Shown in pieces: positions 1 through 9,252 of a DNA stretch of 64,000 nt. The stretch is from positions 1 through 64,000 of the forward strand of contig CBDAOY010000006.1 in NCBI GenBank assembly GCA_965198225.1, in the 5' to 3' direction. The DNA comes from Terriglobia bacterium (GTDB lineage: Bacteria > Acidobacteriota > Terriglobia > 20CM-2-55-15). Numbering within the stretch: the first letter of the stretch is position 1; each line of letters begins with the position of its first letter. The notes beneath the pieces were generated by a model, which ran no database searches, was not told where the DNA came from, and was given only the letters and a program-made list of their open reading frames with translations. Position numbers and translations under genes: made by a program.

Positions 1-930
1 GAATCCCTCGATCAGGTTCAGGATCGCGATCAGATTCTGCCCGCCCGTGCCCACCGGGGAGGTGTAGACGTCGTAGCCGCGGTAGTCGGTGTGCGCCGGT
101 CGCAACGTCTGAACGTGTCGCTGGCGCCAGTCGGCGAGATCTTCCATCGTGATCAAGCCGCCTTCCGATTGGATGTAGTCGACCATCCGCTTCGCCAGTG
201 ACCCTGTGTAGATGGCGTCGGGCCCCTCGCTCGCCAGTGTCCGCAGCGACTGGGCCAGGTCCTTCTGTACGAAGCGGTCGCCGGCTCTCAGCGCCCTGCC
301 GTCCGGCCTGTAAATCGCCCGTGAGGCCGGCCATTTGTCGAGTATGCGGTCGAAGGTGCGGTCGATCGACCCGGCATAGCTCGCCGTGACGATGAAGCCT
401 TCGTCGGCATACCGAATCGCGGGCTGCAGGACTTCGGCCCACGTCATCGTGCCGTAGTTCTCGAGCGCAACAGCCAGGCCGGCCACCACGTTCCACGTGG
501 AGACCGAGAGGATACCGGGTTCCTGGCCCTCCCGTTTCTCGTAGAACATCTCCAGCGTGGCAGCCAGCGGCGCGCGCGTGTTGAAATCGACGACGACGGG
601 CTCGTCCAGATCCCCGAGATGGATGACCATCGCCCCGCCATAGCCGCCAATCCCGTTTGAACCGTGCGCGACGACCGAAACGGCCAGGACGGTTGCGACA
701 ATTGCGTCCACGGCGTTCCCGCCCTTTTGCAGCATTTCCAGCCCGGCGCGGGAAGCCAGGGGGTGCACGCTCGAGACGGTGCCTAGCTCGCCAACAACTT
801 TTCCTTCCGTGCTGATGACAATCTCGCTTGCTCCGGCTTGCCCGGCCGCCCGACGGACATAACTGAAGTTGAAGAGCCCGGCCACCAGCGCTACGACAGC
901 GAGAGTGCCGACGTGTGCTTTGCATTTCAT
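1..930 (-). CDS. ggt: Gamma-glutamyltransferase family protein, 5' part (runs off the left edge)
   Basis: Manual translation from ATG at 930: signal-like N-terminus, then SVHPLASRAGLEMLQKGGNAVDA, GIGGYGG, VVDFNTRAP, YGTMTWAEVLQPAIRYADEGF, GGLITMEDL, YRGYDVYTSP. No stop before base 1. Confidence 0.9.
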   Translation of the reverse strand, partial: MKCKAHVGTLAVVALVAGLFNFSYVRRAAGQAGASEIVISTEGKVVGELGTVSSVHPLASRAGLEMLQKGGNAVDAIVATVLAVSVVAHGSNGIGGYGGAMVIHLGDLDEPVVVDFNTRAPLAATLEMFYEKREGQEPGILSVSTWNVVAGLAVALENYGTMTWAEVLQPAIRYADEGFIVTASYAGSIDRTFDRILDKWPASRAIYRPDGRALRAGDRFVQKDLAQSLRTLASEGPDAIYTGSLAKRMVDYIQSEGGLITMEDLADWRQRHVQTLRPAHTDYRGYDVYTSPVGTGGQNLIAILNLIEGF

Positions 931-1030
931 GGTTGTCTCCTGTCGTCGAAGATTTTGGAAAGAACGAGATCGACCGGATTGAGGAAAGCGAGGGCGGGCG
1001 TGGCGCCCGCCCTGTATGCAGCTCTCCGGT

Positions 1031-2266
1031 CTAGCGTTCTATTTCCACCAGGCCTATGCGGTTCGAACTGGTTTGGTGAATCAAAAGGTTGCCCGCCTCC
1101 GTCACCCACATATTCCGGACGATGCCGACGCCGGAGGGAATGGCCCAGCTCTGGAACTTTTCCGTCTTCGGGTCGAAACGCACCAGTGCGTCAGGCCTCA
1201 TCCCCGACTCGTTGTACCAGATGATGTCGTCCACGACGCTGAAAGCATAGGGATGAGAATCCGGCCCACTGGGTGAAGGCCACTCCTTGATGTCACCCGT
1301 CTCCGGGTTGAGCCTTCCGATGCGGCCTTGGGTGGAGTTCCCGTACCAGACCATGCCGTCGCTGGTGAGCCCGAGCCGGCGAATGCGGGACTCTTCGTTC
1401 GGCACCTCGTAGTAGCGGACACGCATTGTCTCCGGATTGAGGGCTCCGATCTTGTTGATGCCGTTGTAGGCAACCCAGACCGTGCCGTCGGACGCCACCT
1501 GCATACCGTACGGCCTCGGCTCGGTTTGGATCTCGGTGACCTCGCCGGTCTCAGGGCTCAGGCGGCCGAGCATATGGGCGCCCTGTGCGGTGAAGTAGAG
1601 CCTGCCGTTCGGGTGGAAGACCGCAGTGTGGGGATCCCGGGCCTCAGTCTCGTATTCGGTGACCACGCCGGTTTTGGGATCAAGCTTGCCCATGGTCGCG
1701 TTGCTGTTTCCCGTATACCAGATGTTTCCGTCCGCGTCTGGAACGATGCTGTGCGGTCTTGAGCTGGGCGGCAGCCGAAACTCCTCCATCTCGCCCGTCT
1801 TTGGATCGAGCCGCCCCGCGAGGCTGGCCCACATCCCGGTCCACCAGATGGAGCCGTCCGGCGCCTCTATCGGGTCGCGGGACCGCTGGCCGAGAGTCGG
1901 AACCATCCACTCCGTGATCTCGATCTCCGTGTCACCCGAAACCAGCGTGGGGCGCCGCCCCGGCCGCTCGGGGTAATGCTCGGTCAGGTACCGGGCCACG
2001 GTGTGAGCCTGGGCGTCCGGAAGTGCGACCATCGAAGCGACAAGTGCCTCCCAGTCGTCCTGGGAATATCCTGATGACCTGACGATCTGGTTGAGTCCAT
2101 GGCACGTGGTGCAGTGGTTCTGGACGAGTTCCTGACCAGAGCCCGCCGGCAACTCGATGGGCTGGCCACGGCCGCGCCCTCTGCCGCGCTGGGCATTCCC
2201 TGGCGCCCCAAGGGCCAGGCCAAGGAGTATCACCACCATCAGGATTGAGAATGCTTTGCCGCGCAT
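1031..2266 (-). CDS. Secreted cytochrome c (CxxCH) domain fused to a Vgb (virginiamycin B lyase)-like beta-propeller
   Basis: Signal peptide, CTTCH heme motif, repeated blades such as PDGSIWWT, DGNIWYT, GRLDPKTG and GRLNPETG. Confidence 0.8.
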   Translation of the reverse strand: MRGKAFSILMVVILLGLALGAPGNAQRGRGRGRGQPIELPAGSGQELVQNHCTTCHGLNQIVRSSGYSQDDWEALVASMVALPDAQAHTVARYLTEHYPERPGRRPTLVSGDTEIEITEWMVPTLGQRSRDPIEAPDGSIWWTGMWASLAGRLDPKTGEMEEFRLPPSSRPHSIVPDADGNIWYTGNSNATMGKLDPKTGVVTEYETEARDPHTAVFHPNGRLYFTAQGAHMLGRLSPETGEVTEIQTEPRPYGMQVASDGTVWVAYNGINKIGALNPETMRVRYYEVPNEESRIRRLGLTSDGMVWYGNSTQGRIGRLNPETGDIKEWPSPSGPDSHPYAFSVVDDIIWYNESGMRPDALVRFDPKTEKFQSWAIPSGVGIVRNMWVTEAGNLLIHQTSSNRIGLVEIER

Positions 2267-2533
2267 GGGTTTCTACCTCGAAGTTAAGAGATAACGATCC
2301 GGCCCGCGTCGCCATTGTGAGAGTCCGTTACGGATGAGCCCGGCCGGGTGATGCAAACTTGATTCATCTTGGAAGCCGCTAGAATAGGCCGATACTATAC
2401 TTCACTTTCCGCAGGAGCAAGGTTCTTGCCCGACACGTTCCCCCCGGGGACTTGCCCGGCGCTGGTGCCGGGTGGAAGTCCGTACAGCCCGCAACAGGGT
2501 CGGGTTAGGGTGCCCGCACTAGTTGTAGATGCT

Positions 2534-2562
2534 GTCGTCATTTTGCATGGTAAAATGACGAC
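2534..2562 (+). promoter_or_regulatory. Perfect 11-bp inverted repeat overlapping a TAAAAT -10 box; probable operator
   Basis: GTCGTCATTTT-gcatggt-AAAATGACGAC, ending 3 nt before the ATG at 2566. Confidence 0.6.
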
Positions 2563-2565
2563 GAT

Positions 2566-3726
2566 ATGTCAAATGAGAATTACGCGCGCCTGATCGCTCC
2601 GCCGAAAAGAAGTTTCTTCCTGTTTGGCCTCCGCGGAGTCGGCAAGAGCACCTGGACCCTCGAGCGGTTCCCAGATGCTTACTACGTCGATTTGCTCGAC
2701 GAGTCTCGTTATCAGAACCTGTTGGCCAACCCGGGGCTGCTTGCCCTGGAGCTTTCAGACCTGGCGCCCAAAAGGGTCGTCGTCCTGGACGAGGTCCAGC
2801 GCGTGCCAGCATTGCTGAACGAAGTTCACCGGGCGATCGAAGCGAGCCGCCGCAGATTTGTGCTGGTCGGTTCCAGCGCGCGCCGTCTCAAGACGGCAGG
2901 GACCAATCTTCTGGCCGGGCGGGCAACCCTCCACACGATGTATCCGCTCCTCCCGGCCGAACTCGGCGACGACTTCGACCTGGAACGCGGCCTGCGTTTC
3001 GGCAGTGTTCCCATCGTCTGGCAGGCCGATGATCCGGGCGCGACCCTGGAGGCCTACGTCCAGCTGTACGTGCGAGAGGAAATCAAAGGCGAGGCTTTGG
3101 TCCGAAACCTTCCCGCCTTCCTTCGTTTCATGCCGGTGGCGGCGCTCCTTCACGGTCAGGTCATCAACATATCGGGCCTCGCTCGCGACGCGGCCGCCGC
3201 CCGCACCACGGTGGAGGGCTACCTCGGTATCCTGCAGGACACGCTGCTGGCAACTCTGTTGCCCGCGTTCGAACCGAAGCTGCGAGTCCGGGAACGCCGG
3301 CACCCGAAGCTCTACTGGACCGATTCGGGCATCGTACGGGCCGCGAAGCGTCATACCGGTCCGGTCGGAGCCGAGGAACGGGGGCCGCTGCTCGAAGGAT
3401 GGATCCTTGCAGTGCTGCGAGCGCACAACGAGTTGTCGGAGGTGTTTGAGGAGGTGTCCTACTGGGCACCGGCACAGGCGCGCCGGACGGAGGTCGATTT
3501 CCTCCTCCGTCGGGGAAACGAACATCTGGCTATTGAAGTCAAGGCGCAGTCCCGCTTCTCAAAATCCCAGCTTACAGGATTGCGAGCGATCGCCGATCTG
3601 GGGCGCACCGTGCGACGTGTGCTGATCTACCTGGGTACGGAAAGGCTTCGCACCGATGACGGAATCGAGGTATGGCCGCTGCAATCGTTCCTCGATGCGG
3701 TTGCGGGGGACCGGCTTTGGCCCTAG
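2566..3726 (+). CDS. AAA_14 ATPase with C-terminal DUF4143 (PD-(D/E)xK-like) domain
   Basis: Walker A GLRGVGKST, Walker B VVLDEVQ, GSSA, LLAGRA, KLYWTDSG, EVDFLL...AIEVK. Confidence 0.9.
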   Translation: MSNENYARLIAPPKRSFFLFGLRGVGKSTWTLERFPDAYYVDLLDESRYQNLLANPGLLALELSDLAPKRVVVLDEVQRVPALLNEVHRAIEASRRRFVLVGSSARRLKTAGTNLLAGRATLHTMYPLLPAELGDDFDLERGLRFGSVPIVWQADDPGATLEAYVQLYVREEIKGEALVRNLPAFLRFMPVAALLHGQVINISGLARDAAAARTTVEGYLGILQDTLLATLLPAFEPKLRVRERRHPKLYWTDSGIVRAAKRHTGPVGAEERGPLLEGWILAVLRAHNELSEVFEEVSYWAPAQARRTEVDFLLRRGNEHLAIEVKAQSRFSKSQLTGLRAIADLGRTVRRVLIYLGTERLRTDDGIEVWPLQSFLDAVAGDRLWP

Positions 3727-3945
3727 CGTGTCGCGGGGGACATGGCGGACGAAGAGTTTCCGGAGTCTGGTCGCTTTGGTATGATCCGTGCTTCCGACGA
3801 GACTTAAAAAAGCTCGGTCAAACGGAAGCCTGCCAGTGGTTGGATCGTTTAAACCGTAGGCTTTTCCGCACCCGGTCAGCTCGGGACGGCCGTAATGGGT
3901 TGAGAATTCTCCGTCTCCGAGCCGGTGATGAGAAAACCTCACCAC

Positions 3946-6900
3946 CTACCATTCATACCGCAAGCCCAACCGGAAAATCCTCGGATTCAGGATCTGCGTT
4001 GCGCGGCCGAACCGCGGCACCGTGTTGCCGTTGCGATCCCGGACCAGGTTGCTGAAGGTTTCAACTCCCAGGACGGTGTTGGCGTTGAAGATGTTGAACA
4101 GATCGAACATCGCCTGAACACTCTGGCGATCGCCGATCGCGAAAGTCTTCTCAAACCGGATGTTGGTCAGGTGGACGCTCGGGCGATGGTACGTTCCCTC
4201 GGGTTCCATGATGATGACCTGGCTGCCCTGCGCGAGACCCTGGGCGCTCGTGCAGTCTCCGTTCGTCACCGTCCGACAACGGGGATCGTCCGCTTCCCGT
4301 CGGAGCAGGTCCGGAGTGAACCGCACGCGCCGGTTGTACTCGACGCCTTTCTGGGCGTTGTAGGTACCCGATACCGAAATCCCTTTCGGCAGTTCGTATT
4401 GACCCAGTAGCTTGAACGACCACAGGTCTATGTGACGATTCCCGCCGTAGACCAGGTTGTTGGGGTCGGGTCCGACATCGAACGGATCGTTGCGTTTCGT
4501 CCAGTCGACACCCGTGATCATCATCCAACCGTTGCTCATCCGTTTTCGTGCACCGAACTCGATCGTCGAGAAGTGGCCGCCGCGGTCGAGATTCGTTACG
4601 AGGTTCTCCCCCGGGCGTGGTGATCGGGTTCGTTCGTAGATCGTGACCAATCGATCGTCGCCCGAGCCGACCGCTCCATCAGGCCCGCGATCCACCGCCT
4701 GAACGGGCCGGTAGGTCAGCGTGGGGTGGGCCTGGTCGATGCGGTCCCACAGGTTGTGTTGGATTTTTCGGACAAAGTTCGCGTTCACCGCGAAATCCTG
4801 GAACAGTTCGTGTTCGATTCCTACCGTGTACTCGTCGGTGTACTGGTTCGTCAGATTCGGATCCACGTCAGCGGGGTTCGGAGTGCCGGTGATCCGCTCG
4901 ATGTTGGAGTTCGCGATCAGTTCGTGCGTGATCGGGAGGGTTCCATCCCAGGTGTACTGTGTCGTCACCGGGAGAGAATTCGGATTGCCGAGTTGCGCCA
5001 CCCTGAAGCTCGTGATGTCGCTGAACCGGCCATAGCTGGCCTTCAGAGCTGTTCTCGTGTCGCCGAACACGTCGTAGACGAGGCTGATACGCGGCACGAG
5101 ATCGTTGAACGTCGCGTAGTGGGTCCTGGGGTAGGTGATCTTTGTGGCGAAAGGGCCGGTTCCAGGATTCCCCTGTTCAGGTGCGAAGTTGGTGTAACGG
5201 TCGAATCGGAGCCCGAGGTTCAACGTGAGGCGGTTGTTCAACTGCCACTTGTCCTGCACAAAAAAGTAGTTATGGTACAGGGAGTTGTGGGACTTGAACG
5301 GTGTGGTTGTCGTCTGGAAAAAGTCGGGTACACCGCCTCTGGAAAAGAGCCAGATAGCGCCGAGTGTTCCCGGCGATGCGGGCGCCTCGTTCCAGGTGAA
5401 CCGGGAGTCTTCCCACTGGAGGGCGTACCCCACCTTGACGTCGTGGTCGCCGGTGAAGTAACTCCAGTTCACGTTCCATTGCCAGCGGCGCTCCTGAGTG
5501 TGAAACGGGAATTGCAGCCCCCCCCGCTGGGCACCCGTGAACAGATCCCGCGTCGGCGTCTGGCTGACGTGAGACTTGGCGGAAACATTGACCCCAGTCG
5601 TGTTGGCGGAGACATCCAGAGTTGATCTACCGCTCAACATGGCCATCCACTGGAACTTGTACTTCCAGGCCCAGGCGTCCTGTTTTCTGGTCGACTCGAG
5701 GGTCCTGTTTTTTGCGCCCGGTCCGCTGCCACCGACGAACGGCTGGAACTTCCGGGTCGCCCCGCCGCTGAAAACCAGCGAATGGTCCGGGCTGATCTGG
5801 TGGTTGAGCTTCAGGGTGTAGTTCTGGAGCCGGGTCGTGAAGGTCCCTCCCGGCGTGAGGTCGTTCTGCAGGACCTGGGTCTGTAGAGCCGAGTACTGAT
5901 CTCGAACCGAGACGAACCACCACAACTTGTCCCGGACGATGGGGCCTCCGGCATTGCCGTAGAGTCGACGACTGGCGCGGTGGCGGTAGGCAAAGGGGGT
6001 AGCTGTTGCCGGTGGCTTTCGCCGATTCCGGTGCCTCACTCCTCGCCGTGGCTTCGTTTCCAGTCGCCGCTCATCGAACCGGACATGCGGATTTCCCGCA
6101 TCCGGCTCTCGGACGAGATCATGCCTTCGCCCACGGAAAGCTCGCCGTACGCGGCGCAAGATGCGTGAGCCCGTAATCGGACCAGAGCCGCTCGGACGGG
6201 AAGCGCACGTGTTTCCCGGTCCGCACCTTGTGCTTACGGCAGAGCCACTGGCGCGGCCGCCGGGTCGCGTGTTGATCAATCGCCTTGTAGGCCGGGCGGA
6301 CCTGTCCCAGGATGAAATAGTTCGCCCAACCGTCAGCAACCGGTTGAGGCGTCCCACTACGACTCCCGACGGCAGGAGCACGTGGCGCGGCGCGGTCAAC
6401 TCGCTCACACGACGGCAGATGCTCTGGACGCTTTCCCGGCTCGGATGTGTGCCTATGTAGGCGGCACCCGTACCCGGCCGGTAGTTGCAACCGATCCGGT
6501 AGCCGAGGAACGTCATCGATTCCTCCGGCACCCGGCAGCAGCGGGTCTTCTCAACGTTCATCGCCAACTTCAGACGTTTTATCAGGGCTTCGACCGCCGC
6601 TAGCATCACCGCTGCCGGCGCGCGACCGAGAACCGCGAAGTCATCCGCGTAGTTGACGATTTCCGCCTTGAAGTGCCGGGCGTAGCCCAGCACCTTCCAG
6701 CCCAGAATGAAGCGCCGCATGTAGATGTTGCTGAACAGCGGCGAGATCGGAGACCCTTGCGGGGTCCCCTTCCGCTCGTGACGCGCCCGGTTCGTGCGGC
6801 GGCGACCGCCGCGCCCGTCGTCCTCTTCCACCGCCATCTCCAGCCACGCCTTGACCCAGCCCAACAGCCGCCCGTCGCTCACGCGCCGGGCGATGGACTT

Positions 6901-8807
6901 CATCAGGTCCGCGTGCGGAATCTGGCCGAAGTAGTCCGACAGGTCGGCGTCCACCACCTCCCGGTGGCCCGTCGTCAGCAGCCGATGCACGCGCCTGACT
7001 GCGTCATGCGCGTCTCGGCCCGGCCGGTACGCATACTGCTCCGGTTGCAGGTCGGCTTCGAAGATCGGCGATAACACCAGCATCGCCGCCGTCTGCACCA
7101 CCCGATCCCGGAGACACGGAATGCCCAACGGCCGGAACTTCCCTCGTTGCTTCTTCGGGATGAGAACCTGCCGAACCGCATGCGGCCGATAGGTCCCTTC
7201 CTTCAGGTCCCGCGCCAGTGCTCCCAGCCACCGGTCCACCCCGAACGCATCGATGTCCGCGACCGTCTCGCCGTCCACCCCGGCCGCGCCGCCGTTGCGG
7301 CGCACGGCCTGCCAGGCGACTGCGAGCACGTCGTCGCGCCACACCTTGTCGCTCAGAGAGTAGAACCGGAAGCCCAGAGCTTCCTTCGCTTTCGCATGTA
7401 GCGCCGTCTGGAGTCGCTGAACTCTCTCCGAGGCTGTTAGGCTCTCGCCAGTCCTCATGTCCCTTCCTCCGTCATGCGCTGCTCTCGAACTGAGGTCCCT
7501 TCCCTCCACCGGCATTACCCGGCTTTCTTGGTACTGCGGACCTCTCCGCCACCCTGTCGGCCCAACCTGACCCTCGCGGGCTGTCGGTTGGCGCGTGCCA
7601 CGCCACCGGCAGGGCTTCCCGTGTTGCGTCCAATCCCCTCTTCCATACATGCCACCGCCCAATACCCCGGCGGAACCAGTCGGTGCTCGCGTCGCTCGCT
7701 TCCCGACCGCTGGCAGCCTTCCCCGTTTCAACGGCGGGTCGGCTTCCGCATTGGTGCGTTTCGAGGCCTGCTCGGCGTTTACTCGCGTTGTGGCCTGTGT
7801 GGTCGCTGAGCCGCCCGAGGCGGCCCTTTGTCATCGGAGTGCTTCAGACGATGTTGTTACCTCCACCATCCGCTCCGATTGCTACCGACTGGAGCGACAG
7901 TTGCCGGGCGGGATTCGCACCCGCTGAGGATTGGCGCCTTCTCACGGCGCACGTTGAAATCGTTGTATCGGACAAACTTGTCACCCACCAGGACGCCCCG
8001 GTCCTGTAACTCTTCGGTCAGGTTCTCTCCCTGGAACGAATCGTCTTCCCAGTCCACGTAGACTTGTCCCCTGAAGTCGTTCCCGCCGGTCTTGATCACC
8101 CCGTTGAGAAAAACGCCCGGGGCCGCGACTTCGGCATTGTTGCCGGCCGCCGAGACGTTGATTTCGGCGAACGCGCCATAGTCGAAGTAGCCCGCACCAC
8201 CCTGCCGGAATGTTGCGTTGATCCCATCGACATAGATGTTGTTCTGTGACTCCAGTCCATAGGTCATATATGACGTCTGGGTACCCATCGTCGACCCGCC
8301 GACATCAAATCTCGTGGTCAGAATCCCCGGCGTTGAGGCCAGGATCACCCAGATGTCGCGGGCATTCGGCAAGGCGTCCAGCAACCGTCTGTTGAAGGTC
8401 ACACCGAGGTCCGCGTTCTGAATATCGACGACCGGCGTCTCGCCGATGACGGTGATTGACTCGGCGAGCGCGGCGATCTCCAGGTCGATGTGCAACGTGA
8501 CCGTCATCCCGACCTCGACGATCACTTCCTCGCGGACGAGGGTCCTGAACCCCGGTAATTCGTAGACGAGAGAGTATGTGCCGGGCGATAGTAGGCGAAA
8601 GAGATAACCTCCGTTCTCGACGGAAACCGTCGCGCGGTCGCCCTGGATCGCCGGGCTCGACAACGTGATCTCGACGCCGGGCAAGACGGCTCCGGACGTG
8701 TCCGAGACACGGCCGTTGATGTTGCCGCTGAATTCCTGGGCGGTGATGGGGAAGGCGAGAAGCAAAAGGAGTGCTGCAGACGAGAAACACCGAAGTGCGT
8801 TCACCAC
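3946..8807 (-). CDS. TonB-dependent receptor (carboxypeptidase-regulatory-like N-terminus, Oar-like), split by a group II intron: exon 1 8807-7953, exon 2 5958-3946
   Basis: Exon 1 has GRVSDTSGAVLPGVEITL and a plug region ending RYNDFN. Exon 2 begins GNAGGPIVRDKLWWF and has FVQDKWQLNNRLTLNLGLRFD and C-terminal PRIFRLGLRYEW. GGAGG precedes the GTG at 8807. Confidence 0.9.
5959..7952 (-). mobile_element. Group II intron (1994 nt)
   Basis: 5' GTGCG at 7952, 3' ...CGACTCTAC at 5959, domain V GAGAGCCGGATGCGGGAAATCCGCATGTCCGGTTC at about 6076-6110, internal RT/maturase ORF. Confidence 0.95.
6119..7458 (-). CDS. ltrA: Group II intron reverse transcriptase/maturase without endonuclease domain; 1-nt frameshift near 6331
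   Basis: GAAGVDG, RPLGIPCLRDRVVQ, GTPQGSPISP, YADD; the domain X segment GWANYF continues in another frame (ORF 6119..6490). Confidence 0.9.
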
Positions 8808-9117
8808 GCGATTTCCTCCCATCTCCACTGGGACCAGTGCTGCGAGCTGTGAGAGATTTTCCCTGATCCGCACAACTCCGTCCCGGAGACGATTCCAGAA
8901 TCCTTCGGTGCATTACGAGGCGAGCTGACGGGCCGACCAACAGACGACGCGCGGAGACGACCGCCCCAGTTTTCGTTTCTTCACGAAAAAGTTGAGTACA
9001 GGCTACAGGAGGGGGGACTTAGGGTCAATTGTTCCAAGTGTATACGATTGAGATTGCAGCAGCGTCAAGTGCCTGAAGAGGTCTCGATGCCGGAGACAAG
9101 CGAAACTCTAGGATCGG

Positions 9118-9186
9118 GTGTAGGTGCGCTCTATGAGCGCACGTGTTTCGGTTCGAAGAGTGTGCGGTCATAGACCGCCCCTACAC
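9118..9186. repeat. REPIN (inverted GTAG-REP doublet), reverse orientation
   Basis: GTGTAGGTGCGCTCTATGAGCGCAC-spacer-GTGCGGTCATAGACCGCCCCTACAC. Confidence 0.9.
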
Positions 9187-9252
9187 CTCCGTTTGTATGC
9201 GGGCTTCCCAAAATCCCCTCTCCTCGACCACGCGACTAGTTGTTGATAGAGC

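Noticed and set aside
3742-3870. RelE-like N-terminal fragment (WSLWYDPCFRRDLKKLG)
   Set aside because: Too short, with no clear start and no continuing similarity; a remnant cannot be supported.
3946-7731. 1261-aa RT/TonB-receptor fusion protein
   Set aside because: Produced by a 1-nt frameshift that reads through intron domains V-VI into exon 2.
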